This document shows positions 25,698-35,730 of a DNA stretch of 38,827 nt, piece by piece (the first letter of the stretch is position 1; the number at the start of each line of letters is the position of its first letter). The notes under the pieces are model-generated. The model made no database searches. It had not been told where the DNA came from and saw only the letters and a list, made by a program, of their open reading frames with translations. The stretch comes from Pseudomonadota bacterium. GTDB taxonomy: Bacteria > Pseudomonadota > Gammaproteobacteria > UBA4575. The DNA lies in contig JBCCEI010000003.1 of the NCBI GenBank assembly GCA_039030355.1, positions 1 through 38,827 on the forward strand. Direction: 5' to 3'. The position numbers and the translations under genes are program-made.

Positions 25698-27272
25698 TTA
25701 TTTGGCAAAAATATAGATAGGCGAGTGTTTTAAAGTTAATTTATATTCCCCATTATTTATTGGAATTAATTTTCGCTTAGGAGCAATTTTATCAATAGAA
25801 AGCTCTTCTACTTCAATTATATTTTCATCAAAACTTAATTTGACCTTTTTATTCATACTTTTATGCTCTGGTAGATAAATTCCATCCTGTTGTAACCATG
25901 CTACCCAAACACGTTTTCCATTCTTTTGAAGTTTATATAAACGTACTTGTGAGTCATGATGTTTAATACGCTGGATGCGATCGTAATTGTTGATGTGTTG
26001 CACAAGCTGCTGGATTGAATAGTAAAGCGGCCGCTTTTTCCTAATTCTACCGTTACGATTAATTACTAAAGTACCCGCCCATGCTGAGATTCCAGCCCCC
26101 GCTTTCATGAACTTAGTAGTTAAAAAAGGCAGGTCAATGGTAAAAGACAGATTAATTAATTTATAACCCTGTTCTGCAGCAATGAGTGTTCGCTGTACAT
26201 GATCTGCTGCAATAAATTCTCGTGTCCATTTAAGTGTCTTTTTATCTTTGCTAACGAGTTTTTTAAAATAATCTGCTAGCTTGCAACGATCATTCTCGGA
26301 TGCAGGAGGGATTAAAATTCCCTGCACTCTTGCTTTGCAATTTGTTGCCGGACCCCAGGCAATGTATGAAGTTGGAATTGTATCGCTAATTATTTTTTCT
26401 TTTTGATAATTTCGCATGGCCATTTCATAATTTAACCATTTTGTGACGTGTTCAATTTCGTATGGGTCTCCCAGATTATGAATATTAATTACATCAAATA
26501 AATCTGGCCGGTCTAATATTGAACGAATGTCAGCAAGTCCATGATGCTTGTCATGACGTTTTGTGTTTTTCCAAACTGACTCATAGTCAGATGGGCTTTC
26601 AACATTGAGATTAACTGGGGTAGTTAAAAAAGCGGCATGTGCAACTTGTACATTTGTATAAGCGGCATGTGCTGCATCATAGGCAATTGATAACATAGCA
26701 AGATAATCTTCAACTGGTTCAGGTTCATAGCTTGAAAATTCAGAGCCAATCTCATAATAACGTACAGGCCAGCGCAAACCCGGCATATCATTTTTGCCAT
26801 CTGCATCGTAACGCTCAACTATTGTTTGAATCCAATTACGATATAAGTTTTCATATTGTTTTTTGGGTGTTGGATTGGTTGACTTAAATTTATTGCCATC
26901 TTTGTCTGCCCATTTGGAATGTGATTTAAGTGCAACTGTCAATTCAGTAAAGCCAACTTTTTGATATTCACGTACAAATAAATCAAGTTTTGAAAAATCA
27001 ATTGGCTTATTAGGACCTTTTTGCATCTCACCCCAGGCAATGGCTTCTGCATAGTGCTTCATGCCAGGCATTCTAGTGTTGCTTAATGCATCTGCCATGC
27101 CCTTAACATATGCCGGAGAGTCTAATCCGGCGTACTCCAGTCCAATGGTAATACCCTTCCCAGCGAATCGTCCTGGAGTCTTAGCGTAAGTAATATTTAC
27201 TGATGCATAAATAATAAGCGTGAGAAATAATCGAAGAAAGTTTAGAAATACACCAAATTTAGGAATATGCAT
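25698..27272 (-). CDS. Secreted glycoside-hydrolase-like TIM-barrel protein (clan GH-A-like)
   Basis: Signal peptide from MHIPKF (ATG 27272); DFSKLD..V, VERYDADG..DMPGL, RYYEIGSE, FDVINIH; beta-sandwich-like C-terminus. Confidence 0.65.
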   Translation of the reverse strand: MHIPKFGVFLNFLRLFLTLIIYASVNITYAKTPGRFAGKGITIGLEYAGLDSPAYVKGMADALSNTRMPGMKHYAEAIAWGEMQKGPNKPIDFSKLDLFVREYQKVGFTELTVALKSHSKWADKDGNKFKSTNPTPKKQYENLYRNWIQTIVERYDADGKNDMPGLRWPVRYYEIGSEFSSYEPEPVEDYLAMLSIAYDAAHAAYTNVQVAHAAFLTTPVNLNVESPSDYESVWKNTKRHDKHHGLADIRSILDRPDLFDVINIHNLGDPYEIEHVTKWLNYEMAMRNYQKEKIISDTIPTSYIAWGPATNCKARVQGILIPPASENDRCKLADYFKKLVSKDKKTLKWTREFIAADHVQRTLIAAEQGYKLINLSFTIDLPFLTTKFMKAGAGISAWAGTLVINRNGRIRKKRPLYYSIQQLVQHINNYDRIQRIKHHDSQVRLYKLQKNGKRVWVAWLQQDGIYLPEHKSMNKKVKLSFDENIIEVEELSIDKIAPKRKLIPINNGEYKLTLKHSPIYIFAK

Positions 27273-27348
27273 AAGCTGATATTCAGATTGTAATGGCACA
27301 TTATAAATAAGGTTGTAGTTATTTGTAAAAAGACTCAATAATCATTTT

Positions 27349-29988
27349 ATGAAAAGAACGTTATTCATTGTTATTTTATTTTTCTTGCTCGTACTCGTTC
27401 TAGCGGGAATTGCGCTTGCTGTAGGTGTTTATAACCCACGTGTATATGAAGGGTTGCTGAATAAAATTGTGCATAGCAAAACGGGTTATCAATATTCTAC
27501 GAAAGATCTTGCGATCGAACTTTCTCCTACAAGGATTAACGTGCATGGGCTTGTGCTGGAAAACCATGAATGGGAAGAGAACCCACAGCTTTTAACGGTA
27601 CAGAATGCAGAAATAACATTGAATATTAAACGTCTCTTCAATGATAATTTACCTTATTGGCAAGCCAAGGTAAGTGATGTAGTCGTTCAATGGCAAGAAA
27701 ATGATAAAGGCTTAAATTGGAGCACTTCAACGTTAGCTGATCAGCAAAAGTCAGAAATAGAAGAGCCACTAGATTTAAGAAATTTACTGAGTTTTTCAGA
27801 AATCGACGTAACTCAATCAAAGTTACGCCAACAAAAAAACGATGTAGAAAACGTTGTCGACATCAATGCGCTAAAATTGCTAAGAACAGATGAAAATTCG
27901 ATAACTCTAAACGGGATAGGGGTTTATCAACAGCAAGAAGTAGCACTTGAAGGCTCACTAAATATTGCAGGAAATAATCCAACCAAACAAAATCTAGTAT
28001 TTGCAATACAGGCAAAAGGTTTGGGGGTTGATTTACATACAAATGGCACCCTCAATCCATCGAATTTGGATGAGGCGGAAATGTCTTTGCAGGCAAGCTC
28101 AAAGGATCTCTCTGAAATAGAGAAATTTTTAGAAACATCTTTTCCTGCTATTGCACCTGTTGATGTGTCGTTAAATTTATTCGCTTCACAAGGTAATTAT
28201 GAGCTTTCCAAACTGGACTTAGCATTAGGCGATAATCATCTTACAGGAGACATTCTTTTTAATCCAAATGATTCATTTGTTCGAGTAAATTTAAGCTCAA
28301 AGAAAGTCGATTTGACTCCATTTAAGTTAGATGAAGCAAAGCCAGAAACACAAGATCATATAGAGCAGGAAAGTAGCAGCCTAGAAGTTGATGAAGAAGA
28401 GATTGATTGGTCTTGGATGAATGAGCTCAATTCAGAAATTAATTTTGATATTGGTGAAATAAAAATAAATCAGAAGAAGCTGAAAGATGTGGGCGCACAA
28501 CTAAAGCTAGTCGATGGAGTCATTGATATTAATTCAATCAAAGCATATTTCGAACTAGAAGACGAAGAAGATTCTGAACACACTTTTTTAACTGATCTGG
28601 TTGAAGTATCTGGCACATTGCAGCCTTTGAGCAAGAAAACGCTAGGTAAAGATCTTCAATTAGCGCTACTTATTAAAGATAGCGGAGCACAGTTGAATCT
28701 TGAGGGTGAAGTGAATGTTAATGGTATATCAGATAATAAATTAAATATTAAAGTAGAGGCATCTAAGCTAGACGCACTTGAAAATTATTTTCAGACAGAT
28801 TTCTCCGCATATCTTCCTGCTGATATTAGTGTAAAAGGTGAGATCACAGAACAAGGTTTATCGCTCAACCAATTGCTTGCAAGATTTGGCGAAAGTGATC
28901 TTGCTGCAAATATCGATGTTGACTGGTCAGATAAAGTCATAAAAATTGAGGGTCTTGCTGAATCTAATTTGATTGATCTTACATCACTCATGGCTTCATC
29001 TGATCGTGATGAAGCAAATGCTAAGTCCAAAGATGACAAGATTTTCAGTGATGAAGTTATTGATTGGAGTTGGTTAGATTCATTTAATGTAAATGCAGAT
29101 TTATCGATTAATGAATTAATCGCGAATAAAAATGTTTTTAATGATCTTAAAGTTCAGGTCAATCTTAGCGAAGGAAAATTATCCGTTGCGCCTCTGCAAG
29201 CGTTTTTTGCAGGTGGAAATGTAAAAAGTATTTTGCAACTCAATAGAATTGGCGAATCTGCAAATTTGGATCTACAGCTAGATGCACTAAATATAAGTTT
29301 AGCAAAATTAGGTGCAACAGGAGAGAGCGTATTAGAGGGTGGAACCACTGATGTAGTACTTGATTTAACTGGTAAAGGAAAATCGTTACATCAGATTATG
29401 TCCACATTAAATGGAGAAGTTGTTGCTGAAGTACAAAAGGGTGTAATTAAAAATGATACATTTGAGATGATTGGTACAGACGTTCTTCTAGAGCTGTTAA
29501 GCACATTGAATCCATTTATGAAAGAAGATGAAACCACCAATCTTGAATGTGCGGCATTAAAGTTTTCTGCAAAGGATGGAATTCTAAGTAGCAATAATCA
29601 AATTGCTGTTGAAACTTCTAAAATAAAAATTGTTGGTGGTGGAGTAATTAATATGAGTAGTGAAGAGCTTGAAATTGGTTTTAGTCCATCTGCAAAGAAA
29701 GGTATTGGTGTCAATGTAAGCAGTTTAGTAAAGTTTGTGCGTTTAGGTGGAACCTTGAGTAATCCACATCCGGAAGCAGATCCTGTGGGCCTATTAAAAA
29801 GTGGTGCTGCTATTGGGGCAGCTGTTTCTACAGGAGGTTTATCATTGCTCGTTGAAGGGCTGTTTAAACGTGCAGCGAATTCTGGCTCAGCATGTAACCA
29901 AGCGTTAAAAGATCAACAAGAATCAACCGACAATGAAGCGTTGGATCAACCTTCGCAGTCTATAGAAAAAGAATCGAATACTAGCTGA
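27349..29988 (+). CDS. AsmA-family protein
   Basis: N-terminal TM anchor, repeating beta-groove pattern, AsmA C-terminal TNLECAAL...GGGVINMSSEELEI...VRLGGTLSNP. Confidence 0.88.
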   Translation: MKRTLFIVILFFLLVLVLAGIALAVGVYNPRVYEGLLNKIVHSKTGYQYSTKDLAIELSPTRINVHGLVLENHEWEENPQLLTVQNAEITLNIKRLFNDNLPYWQAKVSDVVVQWQENDKGLNWSTSTLADQQKSEIEEPLDLRNLLSFSEIDVTQSKLRQQKNDVENVVDINALKLLRTDENSITLNGIGVYQQQEVALEGSLNIAGNNPTKQNLVFAIQAKGLGVDLHTNGTLNPSNLDEAEMSLQASSKDLSEIEKFLETSFPAIAPVDVSLNLFASQGNYELSKLDLALGDNHLTGDILFNPNDSFVRVNLSSKKVDLTPFKLDEAKPETQDHIEQESSSLEVDEEEIDWSWMNELNSEINFDIGEIKINQKKLKDVGAQLKLVDGVIDINSIKAYFELEDEEDSEHTFLTDLVEVSGTLQPLSKKTLGKDLQLALLIKDSGAQLNLEGEVNVNGISDNKLNIKVEASKLDALENYFQTDFSAYLPADISVKGEITEQGLSLNQLLARFGESDLAANIDVDWSDKVIKIEGLAESNLIDLTSLMASSDRDEANAKSKDDKIFSDEVIDWSWLDSFNVNADLSINELIANKNVFNDLKVQVNLSEGKLSVAPLQAFFAGGNVKSILQLNRIGESANLDLQLDALNISLAKLGATGESVLEGGTTDVVLDLTGKGKSLHQIMSTLNGEVVAEVQKGVIKNDTFEMIGTDVLLELLSTLNPFMKEDETTNLECAALKFSAKDGILSSNNQIAVETSKIKIVGGGVINMSSEELEIGFSPSAKKGIGVNVSSLVKFVRLGGTLSNPHPEADPVGLLKSGAAIGAAVSTGGLSLLVEGLFKRAANSGSACNQALKDQQESTDNEALDQPSQSIEKESNTS

Positions 29989-30135
29989 TTATTTATTTTT
30001 TAAATCTTTCATGTACTTATTAGATTACAAAATGCAAACGACTGTAAATCCTGTCTGATATAACTTTCTTGTTAGTGATATACAGGCTAACTTGCAGTTT
30101 CAAAATAAAATAATTTCGCAGTATTGGAGGGAGTG

Positions 30136-30879
30136 ATGAATTTATCAAAAAGCTTGGTTGCTGAATTTATTGGAACATTTTGGTTGGTACTTGGTGGCTG
30201 TGGTAGTGCAGTGTTGGCAGCAACTTTTATAACTGATACGGCAGTAATTGGTGAAAGTACTAGCTTTCCGTTAGGTATTGGATTAGTTGGTGTGTCATTA
30301 GCATTTGGATTAACAGTAGTAACAATGGCCTATGCGATCGGGCATATTTCTGGTTGTCATCTAAATCCTGCAGTCTCTTTTGGACTAATGGCTGCTGGTC
30401 GTTTTCCCGCTGGCAACTTAGTGCCTTATATCATTGCACAAGTATTGGGTGCAATTGTTGCAGCAATTGTGCTGTATGTTATTGCTAGTGGTGATGGCAG
30501 CTATGGCGGTCTAGCATCAAATGGGTTTGCTGGTCATTCACCTGGAGGTTACTCAATTGGAGCAGCATTGCTTACAGAAATCGTAATGACGTTTATTTTC
30601 TTATTAGTGATAATCGGCGCGACCGATCGACGTGCACCGGCTGGTTTCGCTCCGATCGCGATTGGTTTATGTCTTACACTAATCCACTTAATTTCAATTC
30701 CAGTAACGAATACATCAGTCAATCCTGCAAGAAGCACAGGCCCAGCGTTGATAGAAATGTTCACAGGCATTCAAAATGCAGCCGTAGGTCAATTATGGTT
30801 ATTCTGGGTTGCACCAATAATTGGTGCAGTTTTGGCAGGAATTGTTTACAAAGCATTCTTTGAAACATCTGAAAGCTAA
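30136..30879 (+). CDS. aqpZ: Aquaporin Z
   Basis: [39 protein letters not shown]; GGAGG RBS before ATG 30136. Confidence 0.96.
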   Translation: MNLSKSLVAEFIGTFWLVLGGCGSAVLAATFITDTAVIGESTSFPLGIGLVGVSLAFGLTVVTMAYAIGHISGCHLNPAVSFGLMAAGRFPAGNLVPYIIAQVLGAIVAAIVLYVIASGDGSYGGLASNGFAGHSPGGYSIGAALLTEIVMTFIFLLVIIGATDRRAPAGFAPIAIGLCLTLIHLISIPVTNTSVNPARSTGPALIEMFTGIQNAAVGQLWLFWVAPIIGAVLAGIVYKAFFETSES

Positions 30880-30900
30880 ATACAACCACATCTTTAATTT

Positions 30901-30926
30901 AAAAGGCGCGATTAGCGCCTTTTTTT
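30901..30926 (+). terminator. Rho-independent terminator after aqpZ
   Basis: AAAAGGCGC-gatta-GCGCCTTTTTTT. Confidence 0.88.
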
Positions 30927-30994
30927 ATGCCAATTATTAAGTAGATCATAAATTGATTCTGCTATGATCACTAAGACTATACAGAGGAACTTTT

Positions 30995-31468
30995 ATGAAA
31001 TTTATTCAATTTGGTCTGTTAATTATTTGCTCAATTATGCTTTCGGCTTGTCTTGATAGTCAAAACAAAACAACTGAGTTGAGTGCTGAAGATGTTCATG
31101 CAAGACAGCTAAAGGTCTACGAGGATGCCGCTGCCGATCCCAGGCAGTTTAAAGCTGAGCTGAAAGAAAACTGCCCTCATTTTGGCAATGCACTGCTCAC
31201 TACGGCCGAAACTATTCAGCTGGGAACCAGAGTATTTAACGCAGGTGGGGTAAGTTTAACGAAACGAATTTATGAAGGTACGATCTATAAGCTATTATTT
31301 ACAATAAAAGATGATTGTATGAAGTTAAGTGATGCACTGCAGATTGGACTAGAGAATGCGTACGCAAGTAAAGACCACCATGATCAAGCATGGGCAATGC
31401 GCAACGCACTTGACTTGATTATGGGTGGCCCACCATTACAGCCGCCAGGGGCAAAACAAGGCTATTAA
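30995..31468 (+). CDS. Hypothetical helical lipoprotein
   Basis: Lipobox LSAC; GAGGA RBS. Confidence 0.75.
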   Translation: MKFIQFGLLIICSIMLSACLDSQNKTTELSAEDVHARQLKVYEDAAADPRQFKAELKENCPHFGNALLTTAETIQLGTRVFNAGGVSLTKRIYEGTIYKLLFTIKDDCMKLSDALQIGLENAYASKDHHDQAWAMRNALDLIMGGPPLQPPGAKQGY

Positions 31469-31475
31469 CTCAAGC

Positions 31476-31883
31476 ATGTACAGACCTAAGCAATTATATT
31501 CCCTGTTAATCTCAATTATGCTGCTGACTGCTGCGGTGACAGCAGTTCATGCTGGGGAAAATATTGTTACTGAAAAAGAGAGTTTTGCCCAAGAGTATGA
31601 TCAACTTGGAAGAATTCTCGAAAAAATACAGGATAGAGAAACAGCAATTATACATAAGCCTGAAATCATAAAAGAGATTGATAGAATCAAAAACTCTATT
31701 GGAAAACAAAGCAATTTTGATTCATTGTCTGAAGAAGATAAGAAATTATTCATAAAAAAATTCCAAAATAACAATCTTCATTGCGGTTATGTAACTAAAG
31801 TAATGAATGAACGAAATCGGTTATTACTGAATAAAGAAGCCCGGGCAGAGCTTGGCCCCTTATTAGATCAATTGCTGCAATGA
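31476..31883 (+). CDS. Hypothetical secreted protein
   Basis: ATG 31476 gives a signal peptide ending AVHA; helical mature part. Confidence 0.68.
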   Translation: MYRPKQLYSLLISIMLLTAAVTAVHAGENIVTEKESFAQEYDQLGRILEKIQDRETAIIHKPEIIKEIDRIKNSIGKQSNFDSLSEEDKKLFIKKFQNNNLHCGYVTKVMNERNRLLLNKEARAELGPLLDQLLQ

Positions 31884-31974
31884 CAGTTCATATTTAGTTG
31901 TTATCCAGGTAGCTATTCCAAATTGTGGCTGCATATGCGAATATTTCTCAACGGCTACTGTATCTAACTTTTCA

Positions 31975-32562
31975 TTGTTCAAAATATTTTTAAAGTTGAT
32001 CGCATCTATAATGGTGTTATTGACCACATCTTCGTGCGTACTATTACTATTGAATGGAAATTTAAGCCATGGATATTATGAGGCAAACAGTCAAACATTC
32101 AAATGTAAATTACCTGGAGGTGCGCTTAGTTCCCAAGTCGAAGTGACCGATAGAGTAAATGAGTTGGGAGAAACCGTAACATTCACTCTGGATCTTGGCT
32201 TGTTATGGCGATTAGACCATTTGCGAATAGGCAAACACAAATTAGCGATTATTGAGCCCGGTGTTGATCGTAGAATGCAGTTAGATCAAGCAAAAGAGAA
32301 TTATATGCAGGCTTATCTTTCACAGCATGCTGATCAAGTTGAGATTGAGTGGGAACAGTATGTAATTGTTGCTGATAGCGAGGTATTACTTACAAGCACT
32401 TATGTGAAATGGGCTGATAAAGAGGAAAAAAGAGAGTTGTTATTCGCAATCGATGGCGATTATGTAAACGTTGTGCACTTTGCACAAAATATGTCGAATA
32501 CTTTGCAGAGTTTTACCACGAGCGCATCAGGCTTTTATCAGAACTGTGAATTTTATCTATAA
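31975..32562 (+). CDS. Hypothetical exported protein/lipoprotein
   Basis: Hydrophobic N-terminus with possible lipobox TSSC; start codon uncertain. Confidence 0.65.
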   Translation: MFKIFLKLIASIMVLLTTSSCVLLLLNGNLSHGYYEANSQTFKCKLPGGALSSQVEVTDRVNELGETVTFTLDLGLLWRLDHLRIGKHKLAIIEPGVDRRMQLDQAKENYMQAYLSQHADQVEIEWEQYVIVADSEVLLTSTYVKWADKEEKRELLFAIDGDYVNVVHFAQNMSNTLQSFTTSASGFYQNCEFYL

Positions 32563-32564
32563 GC

Positions 32565-34046
32565 TTAGTTTGCACTAACCGTACGTGAACTTGCCCATTG
32601 TCTTAACTTTTCAACTTTTTCAGCCATTACAACAGATAATGGTTTGGTACTTAGCAGCTCTTCCAACACTTGAATTTGCTTTAATGGAGTATTTTCAGCA
32701 TGTGCAGCGTATAGGGCTGAAACAATGGCTTGTTCTATTTCTGCACCAGAAAATCCTTTACTAATTTTAGCCAGTCGATTTAAATCAAAACTATCTGGTG
32801 ATACATCACGCTTTGCTAAGTGAATGCGAAAAATTTCTTGTCGCGTTTCTTCGTCTGGTAAATCAACGAAAAATATTTCATCTAATCGCCCTTTGCGAAT
32901 CAGTTCGGGTGGTAAGGCTTCTATATTATTCGCGGTGATCGCTAAAAACACGGGCTGTTTGCGCTCAGCCATCCAAGTAAGGATGGTACCCAACACGCGA
33001 TCGCTGGTGCCCGTGGTGTCATCACCACCACTGATGCCTTTTTCTATCTCATCAATCCAAAGCACACATGGCGACATGACCTCTGCAGTCTTAATTGCAT
33101 CACGTAAGTTTTTCTCAGTTTCACCTATAAACTTGTTAAATAAACTACCCATGTCCAGTCGTAACAATGGTAAGCCCCATACTCCTGCGATCGCTTTTGC
33201 AGTTAAACTTTTACCACTACCTTGTACACCAATAAGTAATACACCCTTGGGCCGATCTAGGCCTTTGGGAGGATTTTCGGCAATGAAAACTTGTTTGCGG
33301 TGATTCAACCAGCTTTTTAATTTTTTCATTCCTGCAACATCAGAAAATTTTGCTGTGTTATATTCAAATGAAAGCCCATTATCACGGCTGAGCAGCCTAT
33401 ATTTTGCCGCCATGATTTCAGGTAAATCACATGTCGTAAGCGCACCGTCTTCTGCTATCGCCTGTCGTGCTAATCGCCGCACATCTTGTTCCGGTAAACC
33501 AGTAAGGTTACGTGCCAAGTGTTCGACAACCTCATCATCTTGGATGACATGTTTTGAATTATTTTTACCTTGCCATCGAATCGCTTCTTGAATGACGATA
33601 TTTTGTAATTCTTTTGTATTTGGTAAGCGTAGCTCAAAATGTGCCACAAATTTTTCCAGTTCAGCAGGTACTTTCAAGTTATGACTAATAAAAACCAACG
33701 TGTTTGGTTTTTCTTCATATTGCAATGCGATTTCTTTTATGGTGCGAATATTAAAAGGGTCTTCTATATAAGGATGGAAATCCATAAATAAATAGATGCC
33801 TGATGTTGAGCCACTGCGAATATGTTTGAGTGCCTCGAGGGGTTCTTTATTAAATGCCTGAGCTGGCATATCGTTAACGTCGATTCTACGCAAGCCTTCA
33901 GTTACTGCCCATTGATAAAGTTGTCGAGGAAACTCAAGGACTAATTGCGTAAACAACTCTGTTACTCGCTCTTCTTCATGCGTTTCAATAACGATAATAG
34001 GCGTTTTAGATTTGATCAGGACTTTGAGGTCATTCAGCTCATACAT
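32565..34046 (-). CDS. Ycf46-like AAA ATPase
   Basis: Degenerate N-terminal AAA module (IETHEEER, DFHPY); active module GVQGSGKS, WIDEIEKG, TANN, LPPELIRKGRLDEIFFVDLP. Confidence 0.88.
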   Translation of the reverse strand: MYELNDLKVLIKSKTPIIVIETHEEERVTELFTQLVLEFPRQLYQWAVTEGLRRIDVNDMPAQAFNKEPLEALKHIRSGSTSGIYLFMDFHPYIEDPFNIRTIKEIALQYEEKPNTLVFISHNLKVPAELEKFVAHFELRLPNTKELQNIVIQEAIRWQGKNNSKHVIQDDEVVEHLARNLTGLPEQDVRRLARQAIAEDGALTTCDLPEIMAAKYRLLSRDNGLSFEYNTAKFSDVAGMKKLKSWLNHRKQVFIAENPPKGLDRPKGVLLIGVQGSGKSLTAKAIAGVWGLPLLRLDMGSLFNKFIGETEKNLRDAIKTAEVMSPCVLWIDEIEKGISGGDDTTGTSDRVLGTILTWMAERKQPVFLAITANNIEALPPELIRKGRLDEIFFVDLPDEETRQEIFRIHLAKRDVSPDSFDLNRLAKISKGFSGAEIEQAIVSALYAAHAENTPLKQIQVLEELLSTKPLSVVMAEKVEKLRQWASSRTVSAN

Positions 34047-34254
34047 TTTTAGAGGCAACCTCGAAACCAAATTGATACTTTATCTTGCATTATGTGTGTT
34101 TTAGCACTGAAGAGATTAGTCATGCAAGATGATGTGCGCTCAAGTGCACGATACCCGTGATTACCTGAATAATTTCAGCATTGAATAGTCATATGGTTGA
34201 ATCAACAGAAAATGTTGGTGGAAAAAAACACCAAACGGTACTATTCATTACAAT

Positions 34255-34638
34255 ATGACTTCTGAATGTGTTTTTTGTAGAAAGCTGGATCTGATTTACC
34301 AGGGAGAGCTTGTTTTTATTAGCCAGGATAAATATCCAGCTTCACCTGGACACATGCTCATTGTTCCAAATCGACATGTACCGAATTATTTTGATTGTAC
34401 GAATGATGAGGTCAAAGAACTTTGGGATACGGTTAAAATTGCCAAACAGCTTGTAGAAAAAGAGCATCAGCCCGATTCTTATAATATTGGTATCAATGTG
34501 AGCGAGGCAGCGGGACAGTCCGTTCCGCATACTCATATACATCTAATTCCTCGTTATGTGGGTGATGTTGATGACCCAAGAGGTGGAGTACGTAGTGTGA
34601 TTCCACAAAAAAGAACGTATACAAAAACAGCTAGGTAA
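34255..34638 (+). CDS. HIT-family nucleotide hydrolase
   Basis: CVFC, PGHMLIVP, NIGIN..AAGQSVPHTHIHLIPRY..D..DPRGGVR. Confidence 0.93.
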   Translation: MTSECVFCRKLDLIYQGELVFISQDKYPASPGHMLIVPNRHVPNYFDCTNDEVKELWDTVKIAKQLVEKEHQPDSYNIGINVSEAAGQSVPHTHIHLIPRYVGDVDDPRGGVRSVIPQKRTYTKTAR

Positions 34639-34641
34639 GTC

Positions 34642-35730
34642 ATGAGCGAAACATCAAATTCAAACGAATTTAGAGAAATTCGAATTAATCCCATTGTGCC
34701 TACAGAGTCTGTATTGGTTTCAACAGCGCGAGGCTTACGACCACGTAAAAAAGAAAAGCCTCTGGAACAATCAGCTGAGGCAATTGTGGAAAGTTGTCCA
34801 TTTTGTAAAGGCAATGAAGATAAAACACCGCCTACCATTGTCAGTTGGCCCAATGAAGAAGATTGGGCAATTCGAATTGTAGAAAATTTATTTCCAGTTT
34901 TAAGCGATCGACAGATTGCACAAAATTTAAGTTTTGGATTGCAACATGTGATTGATGGGTATGGGCGTCACGAAGTAGTTATCGATCATAATAATCACTC
35001 TATACGTGTTGACCAAATGTCTCCAGAACATTTGCATGCGCTTTTTATGATTTATCGTGACCGTATGCAAGCCTTGTATGATAGTGATGTGCGCATTAAA
35101 TATGTATTGGTTTTTAAAAACTTTGGTCCAGCTGCCGGTGCAAGTATAGCGCATACACATAGCCAGATTGTAGCGATGCCAGTGGTGCCAGAAAATGTTT
35201 CCAATGAATTACAACATTCGCACCTACATTATGAAAAATATAACCAAAATATCTTTACGCATTTGGTAGACGAAGCACTCACATTTGAGGCAACTATTTA
35301 TGATCGTGAATCAGGAGAAGTGCGTAGAAAAATCGATGTCGGTCAATATGTAATAGAAAAAACAAAACGGTTTATTGCTATAAAGCCGTTTGCAAGTCGG
35401 TTCGAGTGGGAAGTGCAAATATTTCCATTATTTTCGCAGGCAGATTTTTTAGCGTGTAAAGATGAGGATTTGAAAGATTTTGCTTTATTACTAAAGCGCA
35501 CAATGATACGACTTAATAAAGTGATTGGTGGCGCACAATATAATTACTTTTTGCATTCCGTTCCACAAGGCGATGAATTTAAGAAACACGAAAAAAGCTA
35601 TCAATGGCATTTAGAAATCTGCCCGCGTACCAGCATTCCGACTGGCTTTGAATTAGGTTCTGGATTATTCGTTAGTACTATTAGTCCTGAAGATGCAGCA
35701 AAGGCTTTGAGAGATGTAGAGATTAGTTAA
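34642..35730 (+). CDS. GalT-family nucleotidyltransferase, candidate adenylylsulfate:phosphate adenylyltransferase (APAT)
   Basis: CPFC, ENLFP, GRHEVVID, FKNFGPAAGASIAHTHSQ (HxHxQ), WHLEICPR, GFELGSG. Family call is strong; APAT substrate is inferred. Confidence 0.8.
   Translation: MSETSNSNEFREIRINPIVPTESVLVSTARGLRPRKKEKPLEQSAEAIVESCPFCKGNEDKTPPTIVSWPNEEDWAIRIVENLFPVLSDRQIAQNLSFGLQHVIDGYGRHEVVIDHNNHSIRVDQMSPEHLHALFMIYRDRMQALYDSDVRIKYVLVFKNFGPAAGASIAHTHSQIVAMPVVPENVSNELQHSHLHYEKYNQNIFTHLVDEALTFEATIYDRESGEVRRKIDVGQYVIEKTKRFIAIKPFASRFEWEVQIFPLFSQADFLACKDEDLKDFALLLKRTMIRLNKVIGGAQYNYFLHSVPQGDEFKKHEKSYQWHLEICPRTSIPTGFELGSGLFVSTISPEDAAKALRDVEIS

Noticed and set aside
29989-30123. Riboswitch upstream of aqpZ
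   Set aside because: Some pairing potential but no conserved aptamer motif that I can identify.
34082-34130. Inverted repeat ATCTTGCAT...ATGCAAGAT between the AAA ATPase and HIT genes
   Set aside because: Only 9-bp arms with a 31-bp spacer and a single occurrence; too weak to call.
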